From NCBI RefSeq assembly GCF_009914755.1, contig NC_060937.1: a stretch of DNA of 64,000 nucleotides. The stretch is one strand, 5' to 3'. The position numbers and the translations under genes are program-made. This stretch comes from the human T2T-CHM13v2.0 reference genome, Homo sapiens. Below are positions 58,656 through 64,000 of the stretch, in pieces; positions within the stretch are counted from its first letter, which is position 1; each line of letters begins with the position of its first letter. The notes under the pieces were generated by a model, which saw only the letters and a list, made by a program, of their open reading frames with translations, was not told where the DNA came from and searched no databases.

Positions 58656-59032
58656 TGTGTTAGGCCATTCTTTCATTGCTCTTAATAAATATCTGAGACT
58701 TAAAAATGTATTTTTAAAAAGATAATTAATTGGTTCATGGTTCTGCAGGCTGTACAGGAAGCATGGAGTCAGGAATCTCCTCAACTTCTCGTGAGACCTA
58801 AGGAAGCTTTCAGTCATGGCAGAAGGCAAAGAGGGAGCAAATGTGTTACACGGAAAGAGCAGCAGCAAGAAAGACAGTGGGGGAGAGGGGCCACACAATT
58901 TTAAACACGAGGACAGCACCAAGCCATGAGGGATCTGCCCTCATAAACCAAACAGTTTTCACCAGGACCCACCTCCAACACTGGGCATTATATTTTAACA
59001 TGAGATGTGGAAGGGGCATCCAAACTATATCA
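58656..59032 (-). mobile_element. MSTA-like MaLR solo LTR
   Basis: TGTGTTAGGCCATTCTT ... TTCTGCAGGCTGTACAGGAAGCATGG ... TCCAAACTATATCA. Confidence 0.88.
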
Positions 59033-59422
59033 TTTGTATATATCCAAGTAGATATAAACAATTACATAACATATTTTCAAGGTAAAGAATAACCAGCCCT
59101 CAAATAAGAAGTCTTGAAAATACCATTTGTCACACATAGTTCATTCTAGATTCACCTGGTAATTGGAGTGGCCATATATGTTTGCTAACTGGCTTTACCC
59201 GAAGGATCATTTTCTCATATCTTTATGACAGTAGGTAGTTTTTCAACTTGGAGGGACCCTTCCCCTCCAAGTTAGGTTCCTACTTTCCCACAGAAACTGG
59301 GAGACAGTGACTTTTAATCTTTCACAATGATTACATTTCAAGAGATAGTTCTCAGGTTCTTGAGAAAGATATACCTGAATTCTAAAGCTGGCAAGAGATT
59401 TCCCAGAAAAAGATTTAGCATC

Positions 59423-59637
59423 CAAGGATGTCCAATCTTTTGGCTTCCCTGGGCCACATTGGAAGAAAAATTGTCTTGGGCCACACGTAAAATGCACAAA
59501 CTATAGCTGATGAACTAAAAACCAAAATGTAAAAAAATCTCATACTGTTTTAAGAAAGTTTATGAATTTGTGTTGGTCTGTATTCAAAACTGGGCTGGGC
59601 CTCAAGTGGCCCGCGGGCCTCAGGTTGGACAACTCTG
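59423..59637 (+). mobile_element. MER30 hAT-Charlie DNA transposon
   Basis: TGTCCAATCTTTTGGCTTCCCTGGGCCACATTGGAAGAA ... GGTTGGACAA; the ends share the inverted repeat TGTCCAA/TTGGACA. Confidence 0.9.
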
Positions 59638-60697
59638 ATTTACATTGATTTATATTAATTTAAAAGGTACAGACTAGGCTTTATAATCTTAAAACTTCTA
59701 ATGTAAATGTGCTAAGAAAAGAGGCTTAGGAAGTCTCTTGTCTTATTTTCAACAGGGAGAACAGGCTTATTTTCAACAGCCTCTCTTTTAAAATTTGTAT
59801 TTGGCCTTATAACACAGAGTCCTGTGAAAGGTACACACACAGAGAACATATGGAAGTAAATTAAATAAAAAGAGTAGCATACAAGAATACAAATATTTTA
59901 TTTGGTCTTACCTTCCTCTTAAACTTTTACAAACTTCTTTGCTAAAATGCCAGTAGCAACACTTAACTAAAATCTCAGATATTTTGCGCTAGTCACTTTT
60001 ATTGATACCACTGCAAAGATTAAAGAGGACTTTATTGAGATTAGTACTTTGGGAACTGACTTCTATTTATTTATTGCTTTCTAGAGTGACACTTCCCAAA
60101 CATCATACACTCAGCTAGACATTCCAGCGATTTTATAAGATCTATTTTATGCCATGGAAGAAATCTCAGGAAACCAGCCAGATAGTGACTGATACGCATA
60201 GCAGTTTCACCACTTAATTTGTTCTCTAGCGGCTTGTCTATAACCTAGAGCCAAAGAAACTTTGCCGTAGACCACTTTCTTTCTGGAAGCTTTCTACATA
60301 TTCCACTTCATTTTTAGTCACAAGAATTTCTCCCATAGAAATTTGTCAGTTTTAAGCTGGTGGCTTTTTGGTCTGTGTCTAGAAAGTTTTGAATTTATTT
60401 CTTTTCTAGGTTCCCAGCCTGAGTTCTTCTATTAACCAATTAGGTTACTAAGTCATTACTCATGATTGATTCTGTTTATTTCCAGATTTTCCTTTCCAAC
60501 TTCTGGTAGAAATTTTCCATCATAATTTGTTACTTGGTTTATATTTTATTCAATGATTTTCCTTTAATATTCCCTTGGGTCTCATTGATAATACATATCT
60601 CATTAAATCATTAGAGTTCTGAATTATTTGTATTACCTTAAAATTTAAAAAAGGTAGTTTGCAATAGAAAAGAAAGCATAAATAGTAGTGTAATTTT

Positions 60698-61000
60698 TTT
60701 AACCTAAAAGAAGAAACTGAGGCAAAATAATGTAAGTGGAGAATTTATGTGGTCTAAATTTGAGGATTGCAACCCAAGAAATACACTTTCAAATTAAGTA
60801 GATTTTTAAAGGAAAATTGAGAAGGTATAGCAGAAGTGGTCTCAGTCTATTCATATAGAAATGTCACTGGGTAACAGAAATAAGCAAATAGATGATTGAC
60901 TAATGGCTACCAAACTTCCCAGAATATTCATTATTAGTTTGTGATTAACCTAGTTCCTTGAATTCTTTTTATAAGCAAAAGGGATACAGGAATTTTGGAG
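60698..61000 (-). mobile_element. possible decayed LTR fragment
   Basis: AAGAAACTGAGGCAAAATAATGTAAG...TTTGAGGATTGCAACCCA resembles antisense LTR U5 ends; family not identified. Confidence 0.35.
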
Positions 61001-62864
61001 GAGTAACTGTGGCCTCAGGTTCACTCCCTTAGGTAACTATAATTTAGTTAACCTTTATTTCTTCAGTTTTACTCTCAGTTTATGCTCCTTGGGAAGAGGA
61101 AGAGGATAAAGTATATTACATTTTCCCTGGTCTTATGGTCAGACTGGGCTTTAGTGTGGCACAGCTCACAAGGTAAATCCATCTCTCTCCTTTCTTTCAA
61201 AGAATGAGAAAAACCTGTATAAAGATTATGGATGAGTCATGGAGAGAGAATTGAGGAGAAAAATCACATTTTCAATGAATAGGAAATTTTGAGAACTAAT
61301 AGACCACAACTGTAACTTTGCACATTAATTCCACTAACTGCAATCAAAATTATATTTTTTCCATATAATTAAACTTTGAACAACTAAATAATAGGTCACA
61401 CAAGTGCTTCAAAATATTGCAATATAAGATAAAAAGATTTGTGTTAGCTATTACTTTAAAAACATAGTTTAACATGCTCAGTGTGTGTTTGTAGAGATTA
61501 GGAGAAATGGTCTCAACACATATTTGTGAAAATTTTAAAATAATGTAATGATGAGTCTGCCAATAAGAATATATATTTTTCAGTGGAAAATTAAATTCAT
61601 CATCTTTTTTAACCTGAACTTTGTTATCACTTTTATCCCTAATACTGATGTAATAATTTTGAGCCTTCCTAAATTTCCTTATTTCTTTTTGTTTATTCTT
61701 TCAAATACCTGTAGATGGATATCATGCTACTGCTTATTTGTAGTTCAGTCAGTCTGAACACATTTGTTTTCTTCAAGGAGAACTCCAGGAAATCCAAATC
61801 AACCCTGTGCAAAAAAATCACCACTTTCAAAAATACAAAATTTACATTCTGAATATCAATTGTAATAAGAAAAAAAATGCCTGCTATTTTTTTGATATTG
61901 CCATGAAGTTAGTTTCATTGGGTTTATAGGGAGGGGATGTCATTTAAAGCTTACTTTTCATATAATTTTCACACTCCATGTTATTTTTCTCATATTCTAC
62001 ACAAAACAAAAATAAGTAAAAATAGCAATCAAATTCAAGATCTAAGAATTTTGTAAATCCTCAGCTATAGCAGCTGAATTAAAAAAAAGAAAATATGCAA
62101 TCAAATTTTTTTCATTTTTTTATAAACCTGATCAAATCTCATTGTATTTAAAGTTATTTTAAGTGACTGTTTGGCTTTAGTTGATAATGAGTAAGCCATA
62201 GTCCTGAGCTTCAAAATCATTATTGATTGTTGAGAGGGTTGAATTAATCTAACCGAGTCTACTGCAGTCTGGCTCAAAAATGGTTAGATAAAATAATAGA
62301 TTTATAAACTGACAGGACTGAAAAGCTGTAGTAAGGTCATAAAGCCTATTAAATTCTTCTTTATGCCTTCTACATCAATTATATGTAGAGGTCATAGACT
62401 TTTATAATTGGGCATAAAGTAGTGACATGAAATATAACCACATTAATTTTATCCAGTTTTAAGATTTTTAAATTCCTTTTTCACATCTTTTCTGAGAAAT
62501 GTTTATACTATTGCTGGAAAATAAGGAGTGATAGTGACAGGTATGATTTACATTTTCACAGATGATAAAGAAAGAACCAGGAAGTTAATTGGACTGTGCT
62601 ATTTTTAACCAGCAAAATATCCGTAGAAGAAGAATTTGATGCCTCAATTTTACTTGAGTAAATTTCACAAATATAGTAATTGATTAACTATTTATTGATC
62701 CTGGCACTTCAAATTTTAGATATAAAGTAACTTTCTTAAAAAACCTTTATTTAAGCCCTAACATATTAGATCTTTTTGTTATGAGATCTTACTGCATTGC
62801 TTATTTATAACAGATATTTATCCCAGATGTAACTTAATATTTAATGTAATATTTCCTGTTTGAT

Positions 62865-62980
62865 GTTGCCCTACTAGAGCCTATAAGAACCGTGGTACTG
62901 ATGTTTTAATAGGTCTCACATTCCCAGTGCCTAATACAGTGCCTGCACCCAAGATTTATTCAAAGATTTTGGTTAGTCAA
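62865..62980 (+). mobile_element. L2 3' end fragment
   Basis: CCCTACTAGAG ... TTCCCAGTGCCTAATACAGTGCCTGCAC. Confidence 0.55.
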
Positions 62981-64000
62981 ACACACTTCTTATATTAATC
63001 TTCTTGCCCAGGTAACTATCTTCTAGAGTATCAAGGAGAAAAGATACTGAGTTGGAGTTAAGCAGGTTTGCATGTTATTCTGAACTGCCATTCACCACAT
63101 ACTTCATTGTTTCAGTCCATGTTGCAGTGACATACTATTGCACTGGAAACATTTGAGAATTATCATTTTTATTCGCTTGAATGTTTCTTTCTCTTTTGTT
63201 AATCATGAGTAAGTATAGTTATGTATAAATTGTCAGCCATAATCATTTACAATATATCAATACCAAGTGTAGATATATCAATAGCAGGTGTCTTGAAGTA
63301 GGCAAACTGTTCTGAAAAGAATCATATGCATGGGCAATATTCGTCAATAGGTGCTGTATGTCCCAAGGAATGGAGTTAAAGTATTCCTTTTTGTTCTCCT
63401 CTTCTGATTTGATGGGATACAGAGCTCTTACTTGCTAAGCAATAGTATTGTTTGCTTTTGTTTTCTCTGCAAAATTAACTGGTATAGTGAGATGAACCTT
63501 AGTGGGAAGTGGGCAGGTAAATTTCCACAGAACTGTTAGAAAAGACATGGGAAGAAAAGGATCGAGATAACTTTATTTAGACATTAAATTTTCTGGAAAG
63601 TCTCTGATCAACTCCTATACTCTTGGTCATACAATGCATTTTAATATTTTGTACTATATACATTTCTTTATAATTTTAATTCAGTCGTTAGTTAAATGAA
63701 CATAAATCATCAAATTTAAAGCAATATCATTACTTTACTTATAAACAAATTTAATGCATTTAACTGACACACTGATTTTCTTTAAAGTTACCCCAAATAA
63801 GAGACCAGTATACCTGTAACAAGTTTACCAATAACCAGACATATTAATATATTTCAGTAATATTTTTCATGAATATTGCTTCTTTTTTTCACCTGTTTTT
63901 CAATATAATTCTGAATCTCTTTACCTTTCTCTCTCTTTCTCTCTCTCTCTCACTTTCTGTCATCTGAATTTGATCCTGATGTGTCAATCTTACTGGTATA

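Larger units (their letters stand above)
58482..59811 (-). mobile_element. ERV1-class solo LTR (MER67-like, tentative) carrying two nested insertions
   Basis: Starts TGTTAGGG and ends GGCCTTATA, with ACAC on both flanks (58478-58481 and 59812-59815) as a 4-bp TSD. Confidence 0.6.

Overview
AT-rich, CpG-depleted primate genomic DNA, almost certainly human because it carries an AluYb8. I found no recognisable cellular protein-coding exon, RNA gene or CpG island. The window is mostly transposable-element remains: seven Alus, several L1 and L2 fragments, hAT DNA transposons (MER5, MER20, MER30) and many LTR elements. The centrepiece (33.3-47.1 kb) is a four-level nest: an old L1 contains an ERV1-class solo LTR, which contains a full-length HERV-L/MLT2A1 provirus (gag-pro-pol-dUTPase, all decayed), which in turn contains an AluS. 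A full-length THE1C-like MaLR provirus follows in the opposite orientation. The ORFs I could identify are TE fragments; the rest look like chance frames. I see no evidence for a new protein-coding system. The best leads are: (1) promoter asymmetry between the two MLT2A1 LTRs, (2) an unexplained 38-bp dispersed direct repeat, (3) a mosaic AluS/AluY with intact target-site duplications (TSDs), (4) a 26-bp minisatellite grown from an Alu tail, and (5) a 5'-intact but 3'-truncated L1. Subfamily names come from recalled consensus sequences and need RepeatMasker/Dfam confirmation. Boundaries of old elements are approximate.
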